Below are positions 23,359 to 36,874 of a stretch of DNA of 64,000 bases, piece after piece. Numbering within the stretch: position 1 is the first letter of the stretch; every line of letters begins with the position of its first letter. The position numbers were made by a program, and so were the translations under genes. Below the pieces are notes generated by a model that saw nothing but the letters and a program-made list of their open reading frames with translations, was not told the DNA's origin and did not search any database. The stretch covers positions 17,918,001 to 17,982,000 of the forward strand of contig NW_024704749.1 of the NCBI RefSeq assembly GCF_018977255.1, written 5' to 3'. Source of the stretch: Callorhinchus milii. Lineage: Eukaryota.

Positions 23359-24092
23359 AGATTGAGGGGGCGTTGAGGGGGAAGGAAGGTAATGGATTCG
23401 GGGGCGGGGGGAATGGGGGCAGGAGAGGAAACACTACCGTGAATCTGATTGGTTTCAGGGACAACCTTTCTGCCTGCTACTGGGAATCAAGCCTCCGAAA
23501 TCTTAATCACAATATGGACTCTTACACATCGTCCAAACACCATGCTTGTCCTTCAAAGGTTTGCAAAGGGTTTCCTTTAAAGGTTCATGCACACACACCA
23601 ACATTTTACCGACGAGAAACCCTGACAAACGCTGTTCAGACACCGCACCGCACCGCACACGCTTCGGGGTTTGCCAGATTATTAAAACATATTCAGTGGT
23701 CCAAAGTCCATCCAGAACGAGCCCAAAATCTTGCCTCCTATGGGGAGCAGAGTGCCCCAATTTAAGTTACAAATTAAAACTGTGTGAGGAAGGCGGGGGG
23801 TGGGGGGGGGAATCGTTTTGCAGGATTAAATTAAAAAAATGAAAGGTTAGGCAACCGCCCAAAGTGTTTTTTTCACGCACAGTACAGTAAAAACCCACCC
23901 AATCTGGCTGCAGAGTGTTGGAGAGAGAGATGGAGAGAGAAAGATGGAGTGTGGGGGGGTGGGGGAGAGAGGCATTTAACTCTCAAAATCAACTGAATAC
24001 AAATTAGCTTGTGCACAATTACATAATACTTTAACTCTTCCAGGGCCGCAACCAAGCTATTGCAATGGTTTAAGGGCTTCCATGTCTGACTG

Positions 24093-24127
<35 letters not shown>

Positions 24128-24145
24128 CGTGTGTGTGTGTGCGTA
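24093..24145. repeat. (TG)n(CG)n(TG)n alternating purine-pyrimidine tract
   Basis: 53 bp of uninterrupted R/Y alternation with a CG core. Confidence 0.95.
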
Positions 24146-24816
24146 GATGAAACACGTACAGTTCGCTCGAGACACGGAAGACGCGAGTGACCATATGTAG
24201 CGGCGAACAGCGAGGGATTTTGTTACGGATTAACCAGAATTTTTGCCCAAATTAACCATCTTATTTCAAACGGGGGCGAGCACAAGTGAATCGGGGCCAG
24301 GGGTCCGGGTTTGACTGGCGTCCGGCTTAAGCTGTTCATATAATTGCACAGAGCTAATGTAAAGGGTAGGCTGACAGAGACTGGGCTCAGGTACCACATC
24401 GCACCTGTTACACCACATCCTTCAAACAGTGAACTAGAGAGAGCGAGAGTGAGAGAGAGAGAACCCCATCCCCATTCCCCCCAACCACCCCCGCCATCAG
24501 CAGGCTTTCAACATGGATGAGGAGACAAGCTCCACAAGAACAGAGGTGGCTGTGATCTATCTGCACGTGGGTGCCTGGGAGTGGGGGGGCGTCAGAGAGA
24601 GAGGGAGCGAGAAGGAGGGGGGAGAGAGAGAGAAAGAGAAGGAGGGAGGGCGGGAGGGAGGGAGGGAGAGAGGGGGAGAGATCCTCAAACCCACTGGAGT
24701 TGGGTTAATACCTGATGACCGACAGATATCGACACTTGAGATAAATACAGTATGAGCATCGCTAATTCAAGATCCACATCAAATACACCAGCCGGCGGGA
24801 GCCTGGGAATGTCAAG

Positions 24817-25029
24817 ATTCCCACTCTGGGCTGTGCCTATCCCAATGCCATTCCCATTGCGGGCTGTGCCTATCCCGATGCCATTCCCTCCCCACCCTGC
24901 GCCTTATTCTAAGGCTATTCCCACTCTGGGCAGTGCCGATCCCAATGCTGTTCCCGCTCTTGACTGTGTCCTTTCCCCAATGCTCTTCCCACTCTGGGAT
25001 ACACCTTTTCCCCAATGAAATTCCCAATG
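24817..25029 (+). repeat. Degenerate 33-35-bp minisatellite, about 6 copies (ATTCCCACTCTGGGCTGTGCCTATCCCAATGCC)
   Basis: Units begin at about 24817, 24850, 24883, 24917, 24950 and 24985. Confidence 0.85.
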
Positions 25030-25116
25030 GATGACACAGCCATGGAACGAAATGGATCCGTGAGCACCGGCACATCGCAAAGGGTGTGTGTATGGGTGTG
25101 TGTGTGTGTGTGAGAC

Positions 25117-25147
<31 letters not shown>

Positions 25148-25583
25148 GATACAGACAGACAGACAGACAGACACAGACATTCCAGCAGTAAAATCTTATT
25201 TCAGTACCAGACGAATGAATGAACACCACAGATCAGTGTTCCAAAGCCCTTTGCAATTCGTCTCAAACACACACACACACACACGACACACATCACAATA
25301 ATAATAATGACACATATGTTAACTGAAATGACCAGAAAACCATTCACAGCCACAAACTGGGGTTCTAACGCACAGGTTTGCACCATCAGAAAAGGCTGAA
25401 ATCTAATGCAAAAAAAAGGGGGTCTCTCCCCCTCTCCCCCCCCAACCCCATTCCCCCCCCCCCCCCCTCTCTCTCTCTCTCTCCCTTGCATTAGAGAGAG
25501 GGAGGATGGAGAGAGAGATGGAGAGGAGAGAGAGGGAGAGGAGAGAGAGAGGAGAGAGGGAGAAATAAATCACTCTCACTCAC

Positions 25584-25760
25584 CTTCGCCCACATTCATC
25601 TGCACAGCTTCTCTCCCTCCCCTCCCTCCCTCCCTCCCTAATAAAGCTCTCCCTCTGTTATGTTCTCTGTGCGATAAATCCTCGTTGGTCGATTCTCATT
25701 TGCTTTCCTGTTGCTGTTGAGGCGTCTCCTGGTACCTGGTGCCATTTAACAACTGCTCCC
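25584..25760 (-). other. AJM1: Probable non-coding upstream (5'UTR) exon of AJM1; 5' end not defined
   Basis: Perfect donor AAG|GTGAGT at 25584/25583 in unique sequence embedded in a microsatellite-rich promoter-like zone; the AJM1 coding exon has an acceptor at 17117 that needs an upstream donor. Confidence 0.45.
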
Positions 25761-25779
25761 TTTCTTTTTCTCTCTCTCC

Positions 25780-25813
<34 letters not shown>

Positions 25814-26269
25814 CTCTATATCTCTTATCTCTGCATCTATATAGTTGTCCCACTGTGTATATTTATATTGCAATCCCCCCCTCCTCTCCCCAGAGAGGTG
25901 TCTCTTCTCCCATCTCCATCACTCCCATTGCCTCTCTGGGTGCGTATGTGTTTGCAGGAGGTGAGACGCAGCTCAGCTCCAACTCTGCTTTGGTTGACAG
26001 AATTCCCCTTTCACACTGCACTGCCTCCGGTGGCTGCTTTCCCATTTGCACAGCCTTATAGCTCCCTCCCTCCTTCCTTTCTTCCTTCTCCTCTCCCTCC
26101 CTCTCCTCCTCCTCCTCCTCCTCCTCCTCCCGCCTTAAAGAAAGAACCCCATCGCATCCCCAAAGCTGCGCTTTCACGTCCGACTTTGAAAGGCGATGAT
26201 CGGCGACGGTTTGGTACCATCGACACCATCGTCGCCGCCGCCGCCGCCGCCCCCACCGCTAACGATGAT

Positions 26270-26750
26270 AATGATCCTCGCATTTGATGCGGCGCCCTGA
26301 TCATGTCGCGTCGTCGAGACGTCTCAAAGCCACGTCGCATCTCAAAGGATAATACTGGACTGTAAAGTGGAGTGACCGTGTGTTTTTGTGGGTGAGGTGC
26401 GGCAGTCGGTTTGCGCGCTGCGGCGTCCCACAAAACGGCCACGGAGTCAGCGACCGGTTTTATTCGGGGGGATCGTTGGCCAGGAAGCCGGCAGAGAGAA
26501 AGTCCCTTCTCTTTCGGAAAAGTGCGATGGGATCTTTAACGTCCGCCTGAACTGGCAGACGGGACCTCGGCTTAACGTCTCGTCTGGAGGACGGCACCTC
26601 CGACAATGCAACCCCCCACCCCACCCCCCCCACCCAGCACTGCATCGGAGCATCCACTTAGACCAGGTGGTTCCAAGTCCCAACGTAGGGGCTTGAATGT
26701 GGGCCACAACCTTCTGACTCAGAGAGCGCTACCACTGAGCCAGGCTGACA
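26270..26750 (-). mobile_element. SINE family B, full length
   Basis: Head tgtcagcctggctcagtggtagc, core and tail. Confidence 0.85.
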
Positions 26751-26790
26751 CACATCAACACATAGTTAGAACTTAGTCTGACTCGATTGA

Positions 26791-27190
26791 TGTCAGCCTG
26801 GCTCTCGCTTCTGGGTCAGAAGGTTGCGGGTTCAAGCCCCAACCCCAGACTTTGAACTCACACCGTCGAGGCTGACACTCCAGTGCAGTGCTGGGGGTGT
26901 GTGGCTGTATCGTTGGAGGTGCCATCTTCCAGACGAGACATAAAACCAAGGGATCCCAGGTTTGAAAAAGAAGGGAGTTTCTCTGGTACCTTGACTGACA
27001 ATCTCCCCCCCCCCACCCCTCCCCCCACCCAGCAAAAAAATAAATAAAATTGGTCACTCATCTCATGGCTGTTTGTGTGATGTCACTGTTCAAGAATTGG
27101 TTCCAAAAATGCAACAAGTCATTGCACATCGAGACATCTCAATGATGATCAGGACATCATATCAAATGTAAGTATTATTATTATTATTAT
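26791..27190 (+). mobile_element. SINE family B, full length, inverted relative to 26270-26750
   Basis: Head tgtcagcctggct..., core and (TTA)n tail. Confidence 0.85.
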
Positions 27191-30100
27191 TACAGTTCTT
27201 CAGGTGAGGTGGTGAAACGGTTACGAGTTTTGAAGCTACGATTCGCCCGTTACATAACTGTTAAAAACTGACGCCTCGTTAGTGCGCTTGTGCTCTCATT
27301 AATTGCCCAGAAGAACAGGGTTTGAATTCAGCCTTTCCATATTGCGTGGGAGTCTATCTGAAAACCAGTTGTTAGCAATGATCATAGGCTGTCAGCGGTA
27401 ATGTGCTTCTCCTGAAGTATCATTGCTGTTTAAGTCTTGCTCTCTTCTCCTTATTACTCACCACTCTCCGTTGCCATATATCTATCGTGTTACCCCTGGC
27501 AACTGGTATACTTACACATGGTTCTGGCTGGGGGAGGGAGGGTGGGTGGGAGGGAGGGAGGGAGAGAGAGGGGAGGAGAGGCACGGAAATGGCTGTGGAT
27601 GTGAAGCGTCTCCGAGACTGCGAGACTCAGCGATGGCAAGACTGAACCTCATCTCCTGTCACAGTGAAGTGTCAGCACACGAGAGTGCCACACAACCAAA
27701 GCTCCTTCTTCTCATGTGGAGGACTTGGGTCTCCATGGAAACAGGATGACAGATGATCCACAAATTCTCCGCATAAATAGAAATTCCCCAAAATAAGTTG
27801 TGCACCGTGTGCACTGAGAGTGTCTAACTACAGTGTCACAGCCTGTACTGTGTTGTGTCCTGTGTGTAATATACACTGTACAGCCCATAGGGTATCCAAA
27901 TCAGACTGAGAAGTTCCTGTATGACATGTATGACCACTTACACGTGGAGATTTCCCGTGTCTGGAACGGAATGTGCACTCTGGGAATTTCTATTTATGCA
28001 GAGAATGGATACGTCCTTCTTACCTAAGTGTTTGGCGTAGGTTTGGAGATAGGCTGAGAGAACCAAGGCTTTGGGACCCCAGAGTTTGCGTTGGGAGTTT
28101 AACCAGTTAAAACTGCAGACTTCCCATTGTGACCGATGTCTGACCAAAGCTTCCTACAGCTTGGATCACCCTAACTAGGGCTTTGATTTGCAGGGCTAAC
28201 AGGAGCTGAGTGGGAGGATTCCCTGCTCCCAGTGAGTGGTCGGTCGGCCCCTTCGAGTCCTGCCAACGAGCCAGGCTGGGCTGTGCTGTCAGCAGCAGTG
28301 CCCTGGAGTACTGCGGACTCGTCCGGCTCAGGGATCGGACTGGAGACCGCCACAGAGAGTTGGCTCGATTCTGACATTCCGTCACAAAGCGTGTCACCCT
28401 GGAGTCAGCTCAGCTCCAAAGAGGTTGAATTAGCATTGTCTAATCTAACATCGTTTGCCACAATTAGCGTTTGCCTCCAATGTCAACGGCTTCTAATGTG
28501 GCGACGTCCTTCCTCCCTCCCCTCCCCAACCCACCCAACCACTCCCGGTATTTTTCATTCCAAAATGTGAAGCGTACTTCTGTTCTCGCCCCTGCGATGT
28601 TCACACCAGGTAACAAGGAGGGGGAAGCTTTGCTGTAACAGCCATGTGCTGATGGAGAGCCTGTGTGGGTGTCTCTGCAGCACCACGCAGTGAGGAATCT
28701 TCCTACTGCAATACCCAAAGGTGGAACATCACCAATCTCTCAACACGTTTAACACATGGCTGTCCCCAGGCCTCCTCAATCCAGTAGCCACACCACTGAC
28801 TTTCTACTAACAGCAATACCAATAATAATCACAATTCCCGCATTCTGTGCAACGCTTTACCACCTCGACGAGACGTCTCAAAGCCCCTCACGTGATTTTT
28901 CATTTACTGTAAAGTGTAGTGACTGTGTAGAGATGTCCGTCGGGGGGGGGGTCGATTTGCGCGCGGCAATGTCCCACAAACAGCCACGCAGTGAATGATC
29001 GGTGTTATCTGACGAATTGTCAGCCAGAACGCGAGCCAGGCTGACGCAGGTGACTTGGATTGTGACACCAGAGTGTCCCATGGAATTGGATCCCAGAGGG
29101 TTAATGTTCCCAACCACATTCCAGATCATTCCAGAGCCTGAAATAGCTGGACTCAGAGCCCAACCTCCTCCCGCTGTGACATGACGTTTCCCCTTTATTT
29201 TTCGTGCTGACCTTGCCGGAGAACAGCACTGACCTCGGCCGTGAGGAAATAGGATTGAGCAAACCATGAAAAAGTTCCCAAGCGTAAATAAAGTACAGCC
29301 GCGGGACGCCCGCTGCTTCTCGACAGTGTGCCGAGAGAGAAGGCGACAGAAGAGCATTGCAGCAGCGTCCAATTTCTGCGAGGTGTTGACACAGAGTCCG
29401 TGTTTGGAAATCAGAGGCCATCGCAGTCGTCAGTGGCAGTGCGGTCTGTTCCAACGACCCTTGCGGGGTGGGGGAAGAGCGTGGGGGAGCTTCCGGGAAA
29501 CTTGCTGCTGGGATGTCCCTGAGTTGTGTGTTTATATGCGTGTGTGTGTATGTGTGAAGCATCGCTTGTTATGGAGCCATACCATGGACCCACAGACATT
29601 CTGCTCGGCTGACCGTGCCCAGCTCCCTCGCAAAGAGTTCTGCGACACAAGTCACAGTGGCCCCTGCGAGGAAATCCCGCCACGTGGACCTGAACGTTGA
29701 AATCCTCGTGAAGCGCTTTGAGATATTTCGACAATGCAGCAAGAAGACCCTGCACCACATGCAAGGGTTATTATTAATTATTATTATTATTATTATTATT
29801 ATCATCATTATAATCCTTTTTACTACACAATAATCTGGTGTCAGCCCGGTTCGGCTGCTGGTGCTCTCACCTCCGAAGCAGAAGGTTTTGGGTTCACGTC
29901 ACAACCTGGAGCTCACAGTCTAGGCTGGGTTTGTGCTGCATTTGGTTGCAATTGAGGTTCTTTGGACGAATCGTTAAAACCGAGGTCCTGTCCGGCCGCT
30001 GAGGTGGACGTCAAAGATCCCACGGCACTATTCGGAGTGGGACTGATCGGGCAGCTCTTCCAAAGAGCCAGCACAGGCACCATGGGCCGAATGGCCTCCT

Positions 30101-33100
30101 TCTGCGCTGTAATGTTCTATGATTCTACGATTCTAAGCTGGAGGGAAACATTAATGAAGCTGAAGGTCGGACAAGCCAAGGCCTGAGCCTGAGGCAGGGA
30201 GCCAGGGGTGGGAAGGAGCTCAGGAGGTACTAATGCTTGTTTTCCTTCAGAGGGATGATGTGCTGGACAAGTTGCAACATGTACAGCGTAGGTTAGAGGC
30301 AGTGCACTGCGTCATGTTGACCCTTTGAACGCTGGATTCCTACTCGATCAACAGCTTTGTGGAGCCTTTACCAGGTTGCAGGCGGATATTGGAGCGGGGG
30401 TGGAGGTTGGGAGAGGAAGAGCTTAACCACTCTGGGAGGCTATCCCGTGTGAAGGGCGCTACATAAATGCAAGTTGTTGTAAGTCGGTGTGGTTGTTGTT
30501 GTTGTTTAACATGCGGCGATTTCTAACGGGTGCCAAATCGCCTCAGCAGTAATGGCTTATCTATTCGTTTCTCAAAACCCTATTCTCTGACACTGGGGAT
30601 CGGACGTGTTACAGCCGTCTGTCGTGAAGGACGCTATATAATGCAAGTTGTTGTTGTTACTCTCCTCTGTCACCTGAGTGGCCACTTGTGTTCTGGCAGC
30701 CAGAAGGGAATGCAACTCTCTGGGTGTGAGCTGTAAATCTTCAACCTGTTTCTGGTAAATTGAACTCTCGCTAATTAAACCCAGCTTCCTGTTTGCCTTG
30801 CGTATTGCTACCTCACATTGTCCAGGCGTTCAGTCGGAGGACATCCAGGTCTCTTTCCACTGTCCGCTTGACAAGTTCTATCCATTTCAGGGTACATCAA
30901 GACCCGTCTCAAGACCTTCCTCTTCGGTCACCCTCCTGCCCCTACCCTCCGCCCAACGCCCCCAACCCCTCCTGATCACAACCACCAGCTCGGGTGCAGA
31001 TCCCTGACTGTCCAGTGCCTTAGGACGTCCTCCTGACAGGTGCTGTACATATGTAATTTTGCTGCTGTTGTCTCTGCACCTTGTAACATTACCCTCTGCG
31101 TCCTTTCCTCTCGCCGGGTACTAATCCATGTCTTACCCTTGATGCCGATTGACATTAATCTGTGTGCTCGTTACTGTTACTCTCCGAAGGCGAACTACAA
31201 TAGTGGGTATCAACATGTTCTCTCGTCTCGTCTCCCACTGGCTGGCTCTCATTTATTAGGTTATTTTCTTACAGGAAATCTTCTATTTTTCGCTGTGAGT
31301 GATTAGTTGTGTTAGTTGGCTAGTTATCGAGGTCAGGCTAGTAGGTCTGCGTAAGTATGGCTCTGTCAGCCTGGCAGAAGGTAGGAACGTATATTCTTCC
31401 CATTCCTAGGCTGTTCACCTCTGGGAAATTTACAATGAGTGACAACAACTTGCATTTATATAGCGTCCCTCATGCAGGACAGGGTCCCAGAGCACTTGAC
31501 AGTGGCGGAGCACAACAGAACACGGAACAGGCCATTTGGCCCAACTAGTCCATGACAGTGTTTATACTCCAACCAACCAACCCCCCTCCCCCACCCTTGC
31601 TATTCATCTATGTTCCCTTCTCCTTCTTGTATTCATTAAGTCTTCTCTTAAAACATTTTTTTTTTTTTTTGCTTCACCACAGGTCTCTGATGCTTTCATC
31701 CTTAAAGGTAATATTTAGACACAATCCCATTTTTTCCCCATCTTCGAGACGTCTCAAAGAGCTTCACAGGATACACTGCAAAGTGAATCGACTGTATGTT
31801 TCGTGGGTGAGATTTTGTGGGCGAAGGGATATTCTGGAAAGATGAGCTGAAGGGCCTTCTCCATCCGAATCAATCTCGTGAACCAGTGACGTTTCCACCT
31901 CCAGAGGTGCCTGTTTCAAATGGAAACGCAAAGAGTATTATGAAGGTTTGCTGTTACCCGTTAAGGATTAAATCTTTAATCCAAACCAAACTGCGCAATG
32001 CTGTCATGTTGTGAGCGGTGTGGCTGCCAACATAACCTTTCACGAAGTGACCTTCCACTTTGTGATCGGATGTAATTTCCGAGGTGAGCCGCGATTTAGC
32101 TTCCGCTCGGCTCAGAACTGGGAAGAATAAAGGAAACCAGTAATGGAACCAGTAAGCCCTGTTAAATTCAGGTGATTACTGCAGCGGAGAGGAAAGCACA
32201 GTGCTCTCTCTCTCTCTCTTGCTCCGCAAGCAGCATATTTACATAGCTTCCCATGAAATGGTTTGAAAAGCACAGCATAATGCAGGAGGGGAGCATTAGC
32301 TGCGGAGGAGGCTGCTGTTCGTTCCTTTGTATTCTCTTGGTGTAGCAGAACCAGGAGCCGATGGCTTTGCTGTTAGATTGCATTGACACAAACCTTTTGT
32401 CAAATCTCATGAGCTGTCTCATGGTACACAATGAGCTGAGCCACTCGCTCGGTCTCTCTACGGCAGGGGCTGGTGAGGCCAAGGGTGTTTAGTGCTGCAA
32501 TAACATCTCGATGGTTCAGGCTCACTATTGCAGCAGTTCAGAAGCAGTTCGGACGAGGGGAATGGTCAGTTTTCAGACGTCTCGGACGTGCTTTAGTTTG
32601 GCTTTGCTGAGGCTCTGAGACAAGAGTGTGCGGACAGACCATTTGGGAGCCAATGAGTCTCACTGACTCTCCATGGCCCCTTCATAAGATTCAATTAAAG
32701 CCTTTTAAAAATGATTCTTTTCAAACGTGCCCCTGATAAGTCTGATTCCCTCCTGAAGTGCTCTCTTTTGCGAACCCGTGCCTAATACTTTCCGGAATTA
32801 GGTAAGCAGAAAGCCTCCCCCCAGGGGGAGAGCGAGAGAGAGAGAGAGAGAGAGAGGGCGCATTCCATTCCGACAGTCTATCTCTGGAATTTCCATGTGT
32901 AGGTGGGTTGCAGGGTACTCTCAGCTTGGCTTGGATACTCTTTTTAAGCATGGCGGTGGGTCTCGCATGTGTCAAGACACCAGGCTGACCGCCCCCCCAC
33001 CCCCCGCCCCCCCGTCTCTTTTAAATCCCTTTTCGACATCTCTGACTGCGCCTTCGTCACCTCCACTTCTATATCACGGACCAAGAGACGATGCACCGTT

Positions 33101-33659
33101 CCCTATCATCCACATGGGAAAGCATTACCCGTGCTGTGATCGCACCCTCTGTGTTGTTATGTCCTCTCTACATCAGGGCATGTGGAAGCTGCCTGTGAAA
33201 CACTAGAACAGCGTGTGAAACGCTTGGGTTTGATGTGCACAGAGCTCACTGGAGCTGTCGGTGAGGGCGGCTTAATATAGCAACCAAATTGTCCCATTTT
33301 GCCAGTTGCATAGCAACTAGAATTCTGATGAATCCGGTGCGGACATGGCCTGTTAAGTAATTTAACTTGTTCCTGACGAGACTTAATGTGATGGGCGGGA
33401 GGGAGTGATTGCTCTTTCGGGGTGGGGGGGGAGGGGGGGGGTGGAGTGGGGGTGGAGAGAGTTAGGAGGGGGCTGGAGGCCGGGGAGCAGACGTGACAGA
33501 GCTGGCAAAAGCAATCCGAAAAACAGGAGGGACCGGGAGGGAAAGGGGTTAAGAAGCGGCCCAATTTATAAAGGGACGTGCGGAGATAAGCCTATTAGTA
33601 TTGATCAGTCAGTTCTGCTTATGGTATGGCATTGTTTGAATAGGTAGCGCTGATCACAA

Positions 33660-34010
33660 AGTAATATTAATACTTGCATTTGTTATAGCGCCTTATCACG
33701 TTGTTGAGACGTCTCAAAGCGCTTCACAGGACACACTGTAAAGTGGATTGACGGTATATTCTGTGGGTAAAACGTATCAGCCAATTACACACAGCAGTGT
33801 CCCACAAACACTCACGGATTGCGTGACCGAATTACATTTTTTTTAAGGGGTTATTACCCCCAGAAAGCGATCCGCCATTCGACTGAGGTTCCTGCTTACT
33901 GCTGGGTAAACAGAGACGTGTGGATTAAGGAAATTTATCTGCGGTTTCGCCCCGCCCGGGAATCGAATCCGGGTCCTCTCGTTTGCGAGCGCGCTAACCA
34001 TTAAGCTACA
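33660..34010 (-). mobile_element. SINE family A, near full length
   Basis: tRNA head (tagcttaatggttagcgcgctcgcaaacgagaggacccggattcgattccc), core and tail. Confidence 0.85.
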
Positions 34011-35597
34011 AGACACCTGTAAGCGTTGGTAACTTACTCGAGTTTGCTGCGATTCCCTGCACCCTGCCTCATAAAATTTGAAATGGCGAAGGATCACAGA
34101 GGGTAGAAAAAAAAATCCTCCGGGTGAAATTTCAGGTCCGAAGTCATGTCCGTTTAATAAAATTCATTCATTCCCTAAAAAGAGAAAGGTCTCGAGACGG
34201 ACCTTGAAGGAAACGAGGGAAAGGGGACAAGGCAACCGTGGAGGGAGTGTTCCAGAAAGCAAAGGCAGATAGGCTGAAAGTCCAACTGCGGGCAGGCAGG
34301 GCAGCCCAGTGCCCGCTGAGCGGAGGAAGCGGGTGGATTGGTAAGGGTTTGAGAAGGTCTCAGAGGTAGGGTGACACGGGAGAGGACACAAGGTGGTACT
34401 CAGGACTTTCTTCCCTGTGTTCCATAACCCTTTACTTATTTGCAGCTCATTTTACAGACACAATTGAGGTTTATCGATGTCAGTGTGCGAAAGCTTCACT
34501 GTTCTGGCATTTGTCCCCTGTTTTTGCACCAACAGATGGTGATATTGGACCAAACAACGAGCACAACATTCTGGAAGAATGGACGAGTGCCATCTCCTGG
34601 CAGAGATGTTGCAAGTACAAGGACAATTTTTTAAAAAATAACACACATTGCGGAAGAAACTTGAGCTGAGGGGGGCCGACTGGGTGATTCTGTGGCTTTG
34701 GACGGTGCCTTTTGACCTCTGGGATCTATGGCACAACTCAACCCATCCCAAAGGGATTCGAGTTTCTTTCCAAAATTTCACACGAGAAGAAACCCCTTTG
34801 CAAAACGTCAGCATTTACAGCAGAGTAACAGAAGCCTGTTCTGCCCATTGGTGCCTATGTTGGCTCTGTTCAGGCCCATTCTCCCACCTTCACCCCTCCT
34901 CCCCTACACACACTTTTTTCCCTGTTTCAGATATTTATCTAATTGTCTCTTAACAGCTAATACGGATTCTGCCTCAACCACAGTTCCCGATTGAACACTC
35001 CTCATCCTCACAGCTTGCCTTTATATAGCCGCCTCCACACAGTGACAGAGATCGACACCGAGCCAGGGAGAGTGTTTGCAATGGCAAGCTGTGTGGTTTT
35101 AGCTGGTTATAGACTCCAGAAGTTACCGCAACGTACAGTCTGAGGTCCCCGAGCCTCGACTCTTTCCAGCCACCACCAAATACTCTTTGGAATTAACTAA
35201 GCAGGACGCGTTCCTCCAAGGAGAGAGGGTGCATCCACTCCAATACATGGGGATTTCCAGGTGTCGGTGGGACACGTGGAACTCTGTTTGGTTTCAATAC
35301 TCCGAAGCAGGGTGATGGGTTTCCACGTGTATCACGCACAGTGTTGACCAAAAAAAAAACCCTCAAAAAAATTAGACAAGCCATTAAGAAGAAAATACTT
35401 TTTGCCTTTAATAGACATACATAATTGAACACAGGTTTACACAGAGTGCACATGGAAAGGACTGGACCAGATACTTTCAGATTCTTCAGACTTCTCATGA
35501 CTGATTGTGTTTGGATAGATTGAAGCATTATGTGAATCAACAGGGAATATAAATGCTACTGTGGCTCTTTGAAGCCAGAGGAGACAAAGCTCTAGCT

Positions 35598-35628
<31 letters not shown>

Positions 35629-36494
35629 AGCAACTGTCCTCACCTGAAAAAGATGTTGCGTCTTAAAACTAATGTGAACCATTCATCGAAAGTTTTGATC
35701 GAACGATACTGTTCGGGAACCATATTGCATTTAAGTCCAGTTGCTCCAGTTTTAACTGTAAAGCAATGTTAATTCTATGCAGCCAAGCAAACAAACAAAC
35801 TAAATTAGCAGCCCCAATTTTATTTCAGTTAGTGGTAATAATAAAAATAATCTTTGCATTTGATATAGCGCCTGATCACGTCATTTATCACTGTATTTTT
35901 GGTGGGCTAAACGTAGCCCCCACTCCCAACAAAAAATACTAAGAACATGCAGCAGATATACTGGATAGTAGTGCGAGTCCAATTAAAAAAAGTCACAAAA
36001 AATAATTCCAACAGTCAGAAATTCACATCCAGCAAATGCAAGATAATGTAAGTTTTTTAAAAAAAAATAAAGGTTTATTGAATTACCTGACAGACACTTC
36101 AAACCAGTTAAGGACAATTTTAGAATTCCAGTTTCTCTTAGGAGCCCAGATCAAAACAGTCAGGAGTCCAACTGAAGCAGGGCATCTCCTGCTACAGGAG
36201 CATCATTAAGCAATGGGATTAACTGCACTGTGAAAGCCAATTTCAAATAGCACCTTCCAAACAGTTCCTACCAATAAAAGTGCCATAATAGCAGGTGACC
36301 AAATCTCTGTAGCGTATGGAAGATAGGGGAAAAAAAAGTCTTCCTTAACGTTCCAGTTATTGTGAACAGAAATGGATTTAGGTGTACAGTATTAAAACAG
36401 AATAGTTCACAAATTTTGAAATTTTACAATGAACGACTTCATGGTATTTGACGAGCTCCAGTATTCCCTCGCTAGTCCAGAACAAAACCCAACA

Positions 36495-36874
36495 TAATAA
36501 TAATAATCCTAGCATTTGATATAACACCTTATATCGTTGATATGTCTCAAATCGCTTCCCAAGATACACTGTAGAGACATGACTATGTATTTTGTGGGTG
36601 AAATACGGCAGTCAATTGCGCATAGCAGTGTCCCACAAACAGTTGTGGATTGAGTGACCAAATTATTATCATTTATCGATTTGTTTTTTTGAAGCGATTA
36701 TTAGCCCTGGGAAAGGAATCCGCCAATCGACTGACAACCGTGTTCCTACTTTTTACTGGTAAACAGAGGCGCGTGGAGTGACGAAACCTGCCCACGGTTT
36801 CGCCCTGTCCGGGAATCAAACCCGGGTCTTCTTGCTTGCGAGGCAAGTGCGCTAACTACTACTCTGCAGGACTC
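36495..36874 (-). mobile_element. SINE family A, full length
   Basis: Head starting GGAGTCC, internal segment, core and tail. Confidence 0.85.
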
